Shown: positions 11,955 to 22,067, numbered from the stretch's first letter. The stretch: 64,000 bases of DNA from Candidatus Oxydemutatoraceae bacterium (GCA_965219575.1 OZ244779.1:972769-1036768); one strand, 5' to 3'. Notes: generated from the letters alone by a model not told the origin. A program made the numbers and translations.

Positions 11955-12809
11955 CTACTTAACCCAATCGATTTTTTTTCTGATCTTTTTATTGTATTCC
12001 AACGCCGCCTCGAGCAAGGTCATTTCAATATCCTGCTCCACGGCATAATGATATAAAGCACCCGAGTCCTTAGGCAAACATTTTCCTCCCCAGCCCCGAT
12101 CGCCGTCGTGTCCCGGCACATTATAGTGACTGCCGCCCAACCTCGAATCATAATGTAATATCGTTGCGATGTCTTCCCAACTGTCGGTGCTATCCATCTT
12201 TTCGAATAAATCGTAGAACTGATTCATCATGCTGACCTTCATTGCCAAATAAGTATTCCGCATATACTTAATGTAAGCCGCATTAATCGCACTACAATAT
12301 CCCACCCTACACGGTTGGCATTCGCTGTAATCTTCATACAATTTTTGTAATGCACGACTATGCTCGGGGTTGCCGCCGATCACTCTGCAATCGGGATTCA
12401 AGAAATCATGTATCGCATTTTTCTCCGTCAACAGCTCGGGTGATATAACAATATTCATATCCGGCCATGCCACGAGATACGCCTTTACTTTAGAAGGCAG
12501 CACGGTGCTTGCAATCACAACAATTTTAGAACCCGAAGATTTCTCTTGCGCTATCGCCTCCATACAGCCGTCTAGTATGGTTGAGTCAAATTTCCCGTAA
12601 ACATCATCGGGTGTTTTTAGTTTTTGGGGAGTAGGCACGCAGATAAAACTAAACTCGCAAGCACGATAAACTTCTGCAGTCGAGTTGCAAAACCTCTCGC
12701 CGCTGTCGGTGGGATAAAGCGGGTCGTATATATAGAGCTGTGCCTTTTTCTCAAATCCCTTGGCAACCGCCTTGCCGACCGTGCCGTAGCCTATAATGCC
12801 TATATTCAT
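11955..12809 (-). CDS. Short UDP-glucose/GDP-mannose dehydrogenase-family protein lacking the C-terminal domain
   Basis: GIIGYGTVG Rossmann fold, FICVPTP, STVLP, SPELL, GWGGKCLPKD catalytic Cys; only 284 aa. Confidence 0.85.
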   Translation of the reverse strand: MNIGIIGYGTVGKAVAKGFEKKAQLYIYDPLYPTDSGERFCNSTAEVYRACEFSFICVPTPQKLKTPDDVYGKFDSTILDGCMEAIAQEKSSGSKIVVIASTVLPSKVKAYLVAWPDMNIVISPELLTEKNAIHDFLNPDCRVIGGNPEHSRALQKLYEDYSECQPCRVGYCSAINAAYIKYMRNTYLAMKVSMMNQFYDLFEKMDSTDSWEDIATILHYDSRLGGSHYNVPGHDGDRGWGGKCLPKDSGALYHYAVEQDIEMTLLEAALEYNKKIRKKIDWVK

Positions 12810-12857
12810 TTTGATTAAATTCCCCTTATGTTCAAGATAAAAATGCTGATTATAACA

Positions 12858-13299
12858 AATAGAACCGCCGTTTGTGCTACCGCAACAAGTGGTGGTCGTT
12901 GATTAACCCTAAAGGTTCCGATGCTAATTAGTCCTAGTACATGACAGGGTTAATATCAATAAACAGGCATGATATGTAATCGTGAGGACAAGCCTTTTGT
13001 AGGGGAGGACTGGTATGTCCTCCCGTCCGACCACGCAACCGTGATAAGTTTCTGCACAATGTTACGCCGATTGATCGGGCGGACATGTTAGTCCGCCCCT
13101 ACAAGCGCAATCGGCGGTCATTGATTAACCTTGAAGGTTCCGATGTTAATTAGTCCTAATACACGATAGGGTTAGTATCAATAAACATTTACAAGATGTA
13201 ATCATGAGGACAAGCCCTAGCTTGTCCGCCTCACACAACTGTGTTAAGTTTCTGCACAATGTTACGCCGATTGCCCAACTGGAGCAATCGGCGGTTCTA
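12858..13299. repeat. Repeat mosaic with two copies of a ~100-bp module (12894-12994, 13116-13216) and REP hairpins
   Basis: Direct repeat offset 222 bp; GTAGGGGAGGAC..GTCCTCCC and GGGCGGAC..GTCCGCCCCTAC hairpins; TTCTGCACAATGTTACGCC twice. Confidence 0.85.
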
Positions 13300-14751
13300 C
13301 TTGCGCCAAAACATCGGGGTGAATAATATCAACAATGCAAAAATTTCAAGCCGTCCTAGAATCATCGCAAAGCATAAGATCCATTTATTGGCATCGCTGA
13401 GTATAGCGTAGTGTTCACCGACGGTGCCGAGCCCGGGACCCAGATTATTAATCATTGCCATCGTCGCCGAGAATGCGGTTTCTTGGTCCAGCCCGGTTGC
13501 CATCAGCAATAACAAAATGACGATGATGCTTCCTATATACGCGGAAAAGAAACCCCATACCGATTGTATTACTCGGTCGCTCAATGCCATATCGTCTATC
13601 TTCAGCAACACAAATGCACCGGGATGGACGAGTTGTTTCATCTCTTTAATACCTTGGCGTAACAACAGCCAGAAACGGATTACTTTCATGCCGCCACCGG
13701 TGGAACCGCTACACCCTCCTATGGAACTCGCGAATAACAGTAGCAAGGGTACAAATCCCACCCACATATAGTGCGGTGCCACGGTGTATCCGGTCGTTGT
13801 CGCAAAAGAGACGGCACTGAAAGCACCTATCAAAATAGACTCTTTTAGTGTACTCGCATGTGCGGTGTACAAAAACGATACGGTGAGTATCGCAACGATT
13901 AAAATGACCGATAGAAACACTCTAAACTCGGTGTCTCGCCAGTAGTTGGTTAAAGTGTGGCGATGCCAAGCTAAGAAATGCAAACTAAAATTAATGCCGG
14001 CAATCAACATAAAGATCATCGCAATAATCAATACTGCCGGGTTGCCCGAGAAATATCCGAAGTTTTGATCGTGCGTGGAAAAACCACCGATCGAGACGGT
14101 AGAGAAGCTATGGCACAAGGCATCGAATTTTGACATGCCCGCCGCCCAATAGGCTACCGCACACAGCGCGGTTAAGGATAAATAGATATAGACCAACATT
14201 CTGGAAATCTCGCTGACTCTGGGCAGTGGCTTCGTTTTACGCGCCGAGGACAACATTTCGGTACGGTACAACTGCATGCTACCGACACCGAGCATCGGGG
14301 CAACAATAACCGCAATGACGATAATGCCGATTCCGCCTATCCATTGTAGAAATTGGCGGTAGAACAAAATAGTGTGAGGGACGGTGTCTAAAGTAGGCAG
14401 TACGCTTGCGCCGGTAGTAGTCAAACCGGAGATCGATTCAAACACCGCATCGTGTAGGGTCATTCGTGGATTGTCGCTGAGATAAAGCGGTAATGCTGCT
14501 GCCATCCCCAATACCACCCACGCCAGCACAACCATCAAGAAAGCTTCTTTCAAGTGCGTTTCGCCACGGCTATTGCGGTTCGGAAACCATAATAGCAAGC
14601 CTACGGCAAGAACGACGGCAAAGGACAAAATAAAAGCACGGTTGCTCTGTTCCCCGTACCAAATGTCTATAGGTAACGGCACCAGCATGACGATACTGAA
14701 TAGCATCAACAAAAGGCCTAATGTGCGTTGTATAGACGGCAGGTGTATCAT
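13297..14751 (-). CDS. trkH: Trk potassium uptake permease
   Basis: FESISGLTTTGA, QWIGGIGII, GGCSGSTGGGMKV, NNLGPGLG, GRLEIF. Confidence 0.96.
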   Translation of the reverse strand: MIHLPSIQRTLGLLLMLFSIVMLVPLPIDIWYGEQSNRAFILSFAVVLAVGLLLWFPNRNSRGETHLKEAFLMVVLAWVVLGMAAALPLYLSDNPRMTLHDAVFESISGLTTTGASVLPTLDTVPHTILFYRQFLQWIGGIGIIVIAVIVAPMLGVGSMQLYRTEMLSSARKTKPLPRVSEISRMLVYIYLSLTALCAVAYWAAGMSKFDALCHSFSTVSIGGFSTHDQNFGYFSGNPAVLIIAMIFMLIAGINFSLHFLAWHRHTLTNYWRDTEFRVFLSVILIVAILTVSFLYTAHASTLKESILIGAFSAVSFATTTGYTVAPHYMWVGFVPLLLLFASSIGGCSGSTGGGMKVIRFWLLLRQGIKEMKQLVHPGAFVLLKIDDMALSDRVIQSVWGFFSAYIGSIIVILLLLMATGLDQETAFSATMAMINNLGPGLGTVGEHYAILSDANKWILCFAMILGRLEIFALLILFTPMFWRK

Positions 14752-16133
14752 CAGTAAATTGCTGCAACCATAAAAAGTTTTTCCACGCTGGGGATGTGCT
14801 TTTTACTTTTGACGAACACGATCACATGATCCTCGGCTTCGATAACCCTATCTTGAGTTACCGATAATATATGCTCGTCTCTTAGAATCATGCTGACCAT
14901 AACACCGGGTGGCAAACGGACTTGATTCAAGGGTCGTCCGACGACTTTGGATAAACGGGCATCACCGTGAACCACAAGTTCTATGACTTCGGCGTCACTG
15001 TGTTTCAAGGTATGTGTAGCAACCGTATCTCCTTTTCTAAGATGGCATAGCAACGAACCGAAAGAGGCTTGTTGCGGTGATAAGGTTATATCTATGTTGA
15101 CATGATTCAAATGTACTAGTTCCAAATAGCTCTGACGATTTATCAATGCCAACACATGGCTCGCACCCAAGTGCTTGCAAAGTAGGGCGGCTAAGATATT
15201 GTCCTCCTCCCTACTGGTTACCGCGCACATCATATCGGTGCGTTTAATATTCTCGTCTATTAAGATATTTTCGTTGGTTGCGTCGCTGTGTAGCACGATC
15301 ACTTTATTGTCCAGCTGTTCGGCAAGCATCTTGGCGCGTGCGATATCGGGTTCGAGTAGTTTAACTTTGTAGTCGTCTTGCAAAAGTTCGGCGAGGCTCA
15401 TACCGATGCGCCCACCGCCGGAGATCATAATCGTTTTAAGGGGGTGATAATCGCAACCCAGTGCTTTCATGATTTGTGAGACATGTGTTTTAGGGGCCAC
15501 GAAAAAGACTTCATCGTCGACTTTTATCACCGTTTGTCCGTCTACAAAACGAATTTCTTCGTCTCGGAAGATAGCCGAGAGATGCATCGGGATTTCGGAT
15601 GCCGATTGTATAATTTGCGATACTGAGCTACCGACCCACGAACCGCCCTGCCGTGCCTTGACGCAAACCATCAGCAGACGACCGCCCCCCAATTCGGCAA
15701 TTTGTATGGCACCCGGGTTTTCTATCAGCAGTTTGATGTTATGCGCAACCAAGAGTTCCGGGCTGACGAGCACATCTATAGGAACAACATCTTTACCGAA
15801 CAGTCTGTTTTTTTCCTCCAGATATCCTCGTGTGGTGACTTTTGCGATTTTAGTTGGAATATCGAAAATGGTATGTGCAATTCTACAAGCGATGATGTTT
15901 TCTTCATCGCGATCGTTTAATGCGATCAACATATCGGCATTTTCGGCATCGGCTTGTGCCAGAACCTCCGGATGCGACCCTTGTCCGACGATTGTTCTCA
16001 GATCGAATACGCTTTGTATGTCTTGGAATAATCGGAAATCTTTATCAACCAAGGTGACATCGTTGTTCTCTTCGGCTAAATTGAGTGCCAGCGCAATGCC
16101 CAAGTGGTTAGCACCTAGAACGATAACTTTCAC
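14751..16133 (-). CDS. trkA: Trk system NAD-binding subunit
   Basis: Tandem RCK domains (MKVIVLGA; IMISGGGRIG), HGDARLSKVVGR; adjacent to trkH. Confidence 0.95.
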   Translation of the reverse strand: MKVIVLGANHLGIALALNLAEENNDVTLVDKDFRLFQDIQSVFDLRTIVGQGSHPEVLAQADAENADMLIALNDRDEENIIACRIAHTIFDIPTKIAKVTTRGYLEEKNRLFGKDVVPIDVLVSPELLVAHNIKLLIENPGAIQIAELGGGRLLMVCVKARQGGSWVGSSVSQIIQSASEIPMHLSAIFRDEEIRFVDGQTVIKVDDEVFFVAPKTHVSQIMKALGCDYHPLKTIMISGGGRIGMSLAELLQDDYKVKLLEPDIARAKMLAEQLDNKVIVLHSDATNENILIDENIKRTDMMCAVTSREEDNILAALLCKHLGASHVLALINRQSYLELVHLNHVNIDITLSPQQASFGSLLCHLRKGDTVATHTLKHSDAEVIELVVHGDARLSKVVGRPLNQVRLPPGVMVSMILRDEHILSVTQDRVIEAEDHVIVFVKSKKHIPSVEKLFMVAAIY

Positions 16134-17395
16134 TATGCTTTTTTCCTCACCGTCGGGCTTATACCCAAGGATTTTAATTTACGATACAAATGCGTTCGTT
16201 CCATGCCGGTGCGTGTTGCCAATTTTGATATATTTCCGTCTACTATACGCAATAATTGCTCAAAGTAAATACGCTCGAATGCTTCGCGCGCTTCGCGCAA
16301 CGGTTTTTGCAAAAGTAAATCCATGTGGGTGTCGCTACTGCGTATTTTTTTCAATGCGAGACGTGCTTCGCCGGTTGAGATCGCTTCGTCTTTATTTTGT
16401 TGCAATAGATAAATCACTAAATCGTCGAGTTCCTTCATGTTGTTCGGCCAGGTATGCTGGCGCAGATAATTTTGTGCAGAAATAGAGAAGCCTCTGTAAT
16501 TGAGCATTTTATTCGCACAGTTATAATCTATGCAGGCGTTGAGTAACTCCGGAATATCTTCTATATGTTCTCTAATCGGAGGGAGATATAAAATTTCTCG
16601 ATTAAATAGCTTGACCAACGGTTTGATCAGCGTACCGTCGTTCCCGAGTTCGTCGGGTTTTCTATCGCCGGTTGCGATAATGCGCCCGACAATCTTTTGA
16701 GACAGCATCTCGGCTAAGGCTTTTTGCACTTGCGTGCCCATTGCCGTAATATCTCTGATGAGCAAGGTACTATTTGCGTCGTGTGTAATATCGCCGAGCG
16801 AGTCGGCATTGATGTCGGAAAGCGCACAAGGCGATGCCAATATCGTAACGGTATGGTTTGCTCGTTTCCCCAAGGAGTGTATGTATTCGGCAAAATTAAC
16901 CTTGCCGGTTCCGACCTCTCCGTAAATAAATAGCGGCGTATCCGATTTGGCTAGGCTTTGAGCTTGTTGGCGTAGATGCAGGGCGGTTGCGCTCGAGCCT
17001 GCGAAAGTGCGCACGGTTGAGGTGCTATTATCGGACAATGCGTGCTTGACGGCTTTTAATAATTTAGCCATCGTCAAAGGCTTCTCCAAAAAGGCTGTAG
17101 CCCCCAGACGAGTAGATTCAACAGCGGTTTCTATCGTGCCGTGTCCCGACATCATAACGATAGGAAGTTTATTCTCATAATTGCGTCTACATTCTTTCAA
17201 CAAACTAATCCCGTCTTCTTTAGGCATCCAAATATCCAGTAAAACAAGATCGGGCAGTGCAAGTTTTAGTTGCTTACGCGCATCGTCCGCATCCTTGGCG
17301 GTACTCACCTGATAGCCCTCGTCTTCCAATATCTCTTTAACCAGGGTACGGATATCGGGTTCGTCGTCTACCACTAAAATATGATTTTCTCTCAT
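16133..17395 (-). CDS. ntrX: NtrX-like response regulator (REC-degenerate AAA+-Fis HTH)
   Basis: ILVVDDEPDIR, LLDIWMP, MSGHGTIETAV, GEVGTGK, LREAREAFER..GMERTHLYRKLK; conserved DUF4390-ntrY-ntrX-trkA context. Confidence 0.85.
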   Translation of the reverse strand: MRENHILVVDDEPDIRTLVKEILEDEGYQVSTAKDADDARKQLKLALPDLVLLDIWMPKEDGISLLKECRRNYENKLPIVMMSGHGTIETAVESTRLGATAFLEKPLTMAKLLKAVKHALSDNSTSTVRTFAGSSATALHLRQQAQSLAKSDTPLFIYGEVGTGKVNFAEYIHSLGKRANHTVTILASPCALSDINADSLGDITHDANSTLLIRDITAMGTQVQKALAEMLSQKIVGRIIATGDRKPDELGNDGTLIKPLVKLFNREILYLPPIREHIEDIPELLNACIDYNCANKMLNYRGFSISAQNYLRQHTWPNNMKELDDLVIYLLQQNKDEAISTGEARLALKKIRSSDTHMDLLLQKPLREAREAFERIYFEQLLRIVDGNISKLATRTGMERTHLYRKLKSLGISPTVRKKA

Positions 17396-19569
17396 TTTCT
17401 ATTCGTCGGTGTATCGTTCAAAGATAAGGTTGTACGCAATGTCACACCGATGATACTACCTATATCATCGTTTGTGTTAGCGATATGAATTTCACCGCAA
17501 TGCTCTTCCACAATTTTCTTGGCAATAGCAAGCCCTAAACCCTGTCCTTTTTCCTTTGTGGTGACATAAGGTTCAAAAGCATTTTCAATAATGTTGCGAC
17601 TAAAACCCGGACCGTTGTCCTGCAAAGTGATTTGTATCGTATCGGGTTTGGGCATCGTCGTTGAAATACGGACTTGCGGGTCGGGTGTTTGTTCCAAAGC
17701 CTCCAGGGCATTGGTTAAAAGGTTATGCAGTAGTTGCCGTAGTCGTGTTTCGTCGCCGTTGATCATTGCCGAGGGTTCGAACGGTTGCCATTCGATATTT
17801 ATTTTTCCGGAGTAACCGTAGAAATCGACGAGTTCGCCGATTAGCGCGTGAAGATCGATCTCTTTTAGTTCCAAGGGTGCGTCGCCTTGAGAAAATTGTC
17901 TGAACTCATTGACGATTTTACCCATCGCATCGACTTGATGAATGATGGTGTCCGCCGAGCGTTCGAGAAAAGCCGAGTCCGATTCGTCGAGCTGCGTGTT
18001 TAGTTTGTTCTTTAAACGCTCGGCGGACAGTCGTATCGGTGTCAGGGGGTTCTTAAACTCGTGTGCCATACGGCGCGCTACATCTTTCCATGCCCGATCT
18101 CGTTGCGCTTGCACTAAATCGCTGATGTCGTTGACGACTACCACATAGCCGCCGTCGGGCAATTGTGCACCTCTACAAAATAGGGTTTTATTCTTTTCTG
18201 CGACACATAGATCGATTTCCCAATATTGTTGCTGTTCGGTTTCGGCTAAATTCTCCTTTAGGGCAATATAGAATTTCTTCAGCCACTCTTCGGCGGTTGT
18301 ATGTTGCAGTGATTGGTTTATCAAAGTGCCCAAGGAGACCGACAATATCTCCGATGCCGCAACATTAGCGGTCTTTAATTTGAGATCTTTGTCCAAGCTC
18401 AAAACGCCCGAAGAGAGATGCTTCAGTAAGGTTTCCAAGTAAGCGCGTTGTTTCTCCAGCTGCATCCTGTTAGTGTCGGCAACCTCTTTCGCTTCACTTA
18501 ATTTACGCGCCATGCCGTTAAACGACATGGCCAATTCACCGAGTTCGTCTTTAACGGGAACTTTAATACGCGTGTCGAGTTTACCCGCCGAGATATCTCT
18601 GGTGCCTTTGGCAAGTTGCAAGATAGGTGCAATGAGCCGATGCGTATAGAAAAATGCCGCCCATATCGCAAAAAGTATTGAGAATAACAAGACTAAAATC
18701 AAAGTGAGTCTAAAACTTTGCTTGAGTGCGTCGCGTAGAAAAATCAGGTTATTGTATTCGTCGTAAGCCTCTTCAACATTCCTGGTTAAGCGGTTGATGC
18801 GCTCGGGCATAGGATAGAGTACCTGCAATAATCGCTTGGATCCGAGTATCTCTTCGGGTTCTACGGGCAATACCAAGCGTGCATAAAAATTATTCCTTAT
18901 CAGATCTAAACTAACATAGGGACTGCCTTGCAATACCCTGTGTACTACGGCTTCGGGCAATAAAACCGGTAGCATATTTTCCATGTCCCCGCCGTAAGAA
19001 GCTATGATCTCACGGTTGGTATTCAGTAGCGTAATTTCGCTCAGACCGCGCTCGTCGGATAGAGAGCGCAAAACAAAAGACGATAATTCGGCAGGCGTGT
19101 CGGATATCTCTTCTGCCATCGCCACCGCATCTTGTTTCATTCTTTGCAACTGCATGTTCAGCGACCAATTTCCCAGTTCAAGAGAATTATTCAATGCGTT
19201 CTCTACATCCACATTAAACCAGCTGTCTATGCCGTCTTCCAGCATTTGGTCGGAAAACATGTAAACGATGATTGCCGGCACCAATATCGATAAAGCCAGT
19301 ATAAAACTTAAACGCAAGCGAAGTTTTGCTCCGAGTTTATGGTTATATAAATCTCGGATCAACTTTACGAGATTCACTATGACCAAACCGCCGAGTACGA
19401 TCAGCATCAACACATTAAAGGCTAGGAACCAGCCGTGATATTGATCGAAGAGTCTGGAATTTTGAACCAAACCACCGAGAGAGAACAAAGAGATCAGCAC
19501 CAGTAAAAAAAGGCCTAAAACAGGCAGAAGCGGTTTTGAAAATTTATCTAGAGCGACCATTGATGCCAA
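17392..19569 (-). CDS. ntrY: NtrY-like sensor histidine kinase (HAMP-PAS-HisKA-HATPase)
   Basis: AWKDVARRMAHEFKNPLTPIRLSAERL, DNGPGF, GQGLGLAI. Confidence 0.9.
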   Translation of the reverse strand: MASMVALDKFSKPLLPVLGLFLLVLISLFSLGGLVQNSRLFDQYHGWFLAFNVLMLIVLGGLVIVNLVKLIRDLYNHKLGAKLRLRLSFILALSILVPAIIVYMFSDQMLEDGIDSWFNVDVENALNNSLELGNWSLNMQLQRMKQDAVAMAEEISDTPAELSSFVLRSLSDERGLSEITLLNTNREIIASYGGDMENMLPVLLPEAVVHRVLQGSPYVSLDLIRNNFYARLVLPVEPEEILGSKRLLQVLYPMPERINRLTRNVEEAYDEYNNLIFLRDALKQSFRLTLILVLLFSILFAIWAAFFYTHRLIAPILQLAKGTRDISAGKLDTRIKVPVKDELGELAMSFNGMARKLSEAKEVADTNRMQLEKQRAYLETLLKHLSSGVLSLDKDLKLKTANVAASEILSVSLGTLINQSLQHTTAEEWLKKFYIALKENLAETEQQQYWEIDLCVAEKNKTLFCRGAQLPDGGYVVVVNDISDLVQAQRDRAWKDVARRMAHEFKNPLTPIRLSAERLKNKLNTQLDESDSAFLERSADTIIHQVDAMGKIVNEFRQFSQGDAPLELKEIDLHALIGELVDFYGYSGKINIEWQPFEPSAMINGDETRLRQLLHNLLTNALEALEQTPDPQVRISTTMPKPDTIQITLQDNGPGFSRNIIENAFEPYVTTKEKGQGLGLAIAKKIVEEHCGEIHIANTNDDIGSIIGVTLRTTLSLNDTPTNRK

Positions 19570-20126
19570 TCCGACGATAAGGGCTCGGGGTACGATAGAT
19601 AACTTTTAAGCCGTAGTAATAGCGGCAAGTCCGCTCTGGATAGCTTGATGCGAACTCGCATATGCGTTGCTTGCGATAAAATCAGCGACGACTTTTCGAT
19701 AATAGCCATGTTGCTATAACGTCCCAAGAACATCAGAGCACTGCTTAAGGAATTAAAATTCGCCTGTTGATTTAAGTCTAGGTCTTCGACTACATAGTGT
19801 CGAGTCAAGGCATGAAAATGTAGTTTTTTACGCCACGCCTCGTCTAGTAATTTTTTATTCGGCAACACCCTCCTTTTTTCAAAGATTTCGACATCGGCAA
19901 TAAAATTCAATTGGGTCCCGGTATTAACCGCGGTAATCAGAAAATCGGGCAAATCAAAACTCGCCTGCATGTTCAGGTATATTAGATCGTCCTTGGTGTC
20001 GGGCGATAAGTAGCTAATCGTAATAGGTGTCGTCGGTTTTTTAGGCGAGACCTGTGCTTCAATAATGCCGGAGAACATTACAACCGACAAAGCGAACGAT
20101 GATATGTATAGAAAATACTTTTTCAT
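19548..20126 (-). CDS. DUF4390-like exported protein
   Basis: Signal-peptide-like MKKYFLY.., LHFHALTRHY, LSRADLPLLL, SDWHQW; position upstream of ntrY. The ORF-track extension to 20204 is repeat-derived. Confidence 0.7.
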   Translation of the reverse strand: MKKYFLYISSFALSVVMFSGIIEAQVSPKKPTTPITISYLSPDTKDDLIYLNMQASFDLPDFLITAVNTGTQLNFIADVEIFEKRRVLPNKKLLDEAWRKKLHFHALTRHYVVEDLDLNQQANFNSLSSALMFLGRYSNMAIIEKSSLILSQATHMRVRIKLSRADLPLLLRLKSYLSYPEPLSSDWHQWSL

Positions 20127-20143
20127 GACTGATAAGTATAACA

Positions 20144-20204
20144 AAGAGAACCGCCGTTTGTTGCAGTAGCACAAACGGCGTGACATTGTGCAGAGACTTA
20201 GCAT
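20144..20204. repeat. Repeat module AGAACCGCCGTTTGT..ACAAACGGCG plus element end
   Basis: Near-identical to 2340-2398. Confidence 0.85.
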
Positions 20205-20295
20205 TGGAATGATTAGGTTTTCGTTATAATGCTATATCACGATGTTCATATCAAAGTGATAAAATCTTTTATTCTAAAATTTTACTGTCAACATA

Positions 20296-21306
20296 ATGAT
20301 TAGAATTATATGTAATCTTTGGCGTAGCTTTAAGGCTTTAATCCTTGCTATTTATATATTTCACATCGTACTACGAGAATTTTATAACTATAGAAATTCG
20401 TACATAGGTGTCATTTTGTCTCGTTTCAAGGGACCGAATAAAGGATTTTTTTTCTCTTTTTTCATACGAGCCGTTATATCTTCTGCGAGAACAGCTTATC
20501 GAGAATCTTTCAAAGTACCGTCAAAAAACCTATCCTTATCGACTCAATTTTATAAGATAATCGGAGTAGCATGGTTTGGCGAAAAAATAGGTATCAATAT
20601 CAAGGTGGATTCTCCCGGTTTGGATAATCTTTTTGAGAACCTTGCATTAACACATTCACAGAGGTATCAATTTGTAGATAACAGACAACTTGGGCTTGAC
20701 GCTACGATACTATGGGAAATCTATGCAAAAACCGTGATTCCGTCCGAGTACGGCTACAAAGTGATCTCAAAGTTGGCAATTAAGGAGGAATTTTCTAGCC
20801 AAGCCGACGAATGGGTTGATAGCAATCTGCAAGAGGATTGGGTGGCTGTTCACTACAGAGGATCCGATCGTAAAGTAGTAGTTAAACATAGATTGATAGA
20901 GAGAGAATCCTATATTGCTTATTTAAAGGAGGTTTTGGATGATCGTTGTAATATCTTTGCCTGTTCCGATCAGGCGCAATTCATTGAACAAATAAAAGAG
21001 GCATTCCCCGGTAGAGTTTTTTGTAGAAAGATTATTCGATCTCGGGACAGTAGGCCCTTACATAAAGATAAAGAATACCGTGGCACCGAACAAATGAAAG
21101 ACGCATTCATGGATATCTTGATTCTATCAAAGGCAAAACTAATTTATACGACAGGGTCATGGTTTGTAGATGTAGTTAGATTTTTTAATCCGTCGGTCAA
21201 AATTATTTCTTTATCGAAATTTAATTATCATCGGAAAATTGATAACTTCATTTCAGTGCCTCAAGCACATCTTATAAACAAAGAAAGTAAACAAAATACC
21301 AAGTAA
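20296..21306 (+). CDS. Fucosyltransferase-like protein (NodZ/GT23-type fold)
   Basis: VAVHYRGSDRK motif I, IFACSDQ motif II, AFMDILILSKAK..TTGSWF motif III; AT-rich. Confidence 0.7.
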   Translation: MIRIICNLWRSFKALILAIYIFHIVLREFYNYRNSYIGVILSRFKGPNKGFFFSFFIRAVISSARTAYRESFKVPSKNLSLSTQFYKIIGVAWFGEKIGINIKVDSPGLDNLFENLALTHSQRYQFVDNRQLGLDATILWEIYAKTVIPSEYGYKVISKLAIKEEFSSQADEWVDSNLQEDWVAVHYRGSDRKVVVKHRLIERESYIAYLKEVLDDRCNIFACSDQAQFIEQIKEAFPGRVFCRKIIRSRDSRPLHKDKEYRGTEQMKDAFMDILILSKAKLIYTTGSWFVDVVRFFNPSVKIISLSKFNYHRKIDNFISVPQAHLINKESKQNTK

Positions 21307-21357
21307 TTTTGATTAAAATATCTATCTATCAAATTTACGCTAACCGTAATTTCCCTA

Positions 21358-22041
21358 CTAAAAAATTTCGGCAAGCCAGCGTGTCCAAGCATCTAATACG
21401 CGTCGGTCTATGCTGTGCGCCAATTCGTCGAATATGTGCGACTGCACATGAAAGCCGGCGTCTTCCAGCAGCTTCGGCATTGCGCTTACGGCTGTGTGCG
21501 GGATGATCGGGTCCAGGGTGCCGTGGGTTAATAACACCGGTGTGCCGCTATCGTCGGGTATCGGCTCTCCGCGTGGCAAATAACCCGACCATGAGAAAGC
21601 TCCGGCGAAGCGTTTCGTTTCGTTGAATAAGCTATACATTGCAAGTGCACCGCCTTGTGAAAAACCTCCGACGATAATTTTATCTTCGGGCACTCCGTCG
21701 GCAATCAATTCATCGACCAATTGCCTGATCAGTTTTAAGGATCTCTCCAGACCCACTTTGTCTTCTTGCGGCTGAGCGTCTTCCAATGCAATGATATCAA
21801 ACCATGCCGGTATTTTCATTCCGCCGTTCAATGTCACCGGCTGTATCGGTGCCTGTGGTATGAAAAAAGAAATTCGGTCTTTATCGGGAAAAGAGAGCAT
21901 AGAGAGACCGGCAGCGAAATCGTCGGCGGAAGCACCCAAGCCGTGCAACAGAATGATGCCGCCGATAGCGTTTTGCTCGGCAGGTTGTTTAATGCCTTGC
22001 CAATTTCCTTTGGGGTTTGTAGTGTTCAATGTTTGTGTCAT
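21358..22041 (-). CDS. Phospholipase/carboxylesterase (alpha/beta hydrolase)
   Basis: LLHGLGA, PVTLNGGMKIPAWFDI, GGFSQGG, HGTLDPII, AHS. Confidence 0.92.
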   Translation of the reverse strand: MTQTLNTTNPKGNWQGIKQPAEQNAIGGIILLHGLGASADDFAAGLSMLSFPDKDRISFFIPQAPIQPVTLNGGMKIPAWFDIIALEDAQPQEDKVGLERSLKLIRQLVDELIADGVPEDKIIVGGFSQGGALAMYSLFNETKRFAGAFSWSGYLPRGEPIPDDSGTPVLLTHGTLDPIIPHTAVSAMPKLLEDAGFHVQSHIFDELAHSIDRRVLDAWTRWLAEIF

Positions 22042-22067
22042 AACTAAGTCCTTTATATGTTAATTCA

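Noticed and set aside
15469-16485. 338-aa + strand ORF
   Set aside because: Antisense shadow of trkA/ntrX with no recognisable motifs
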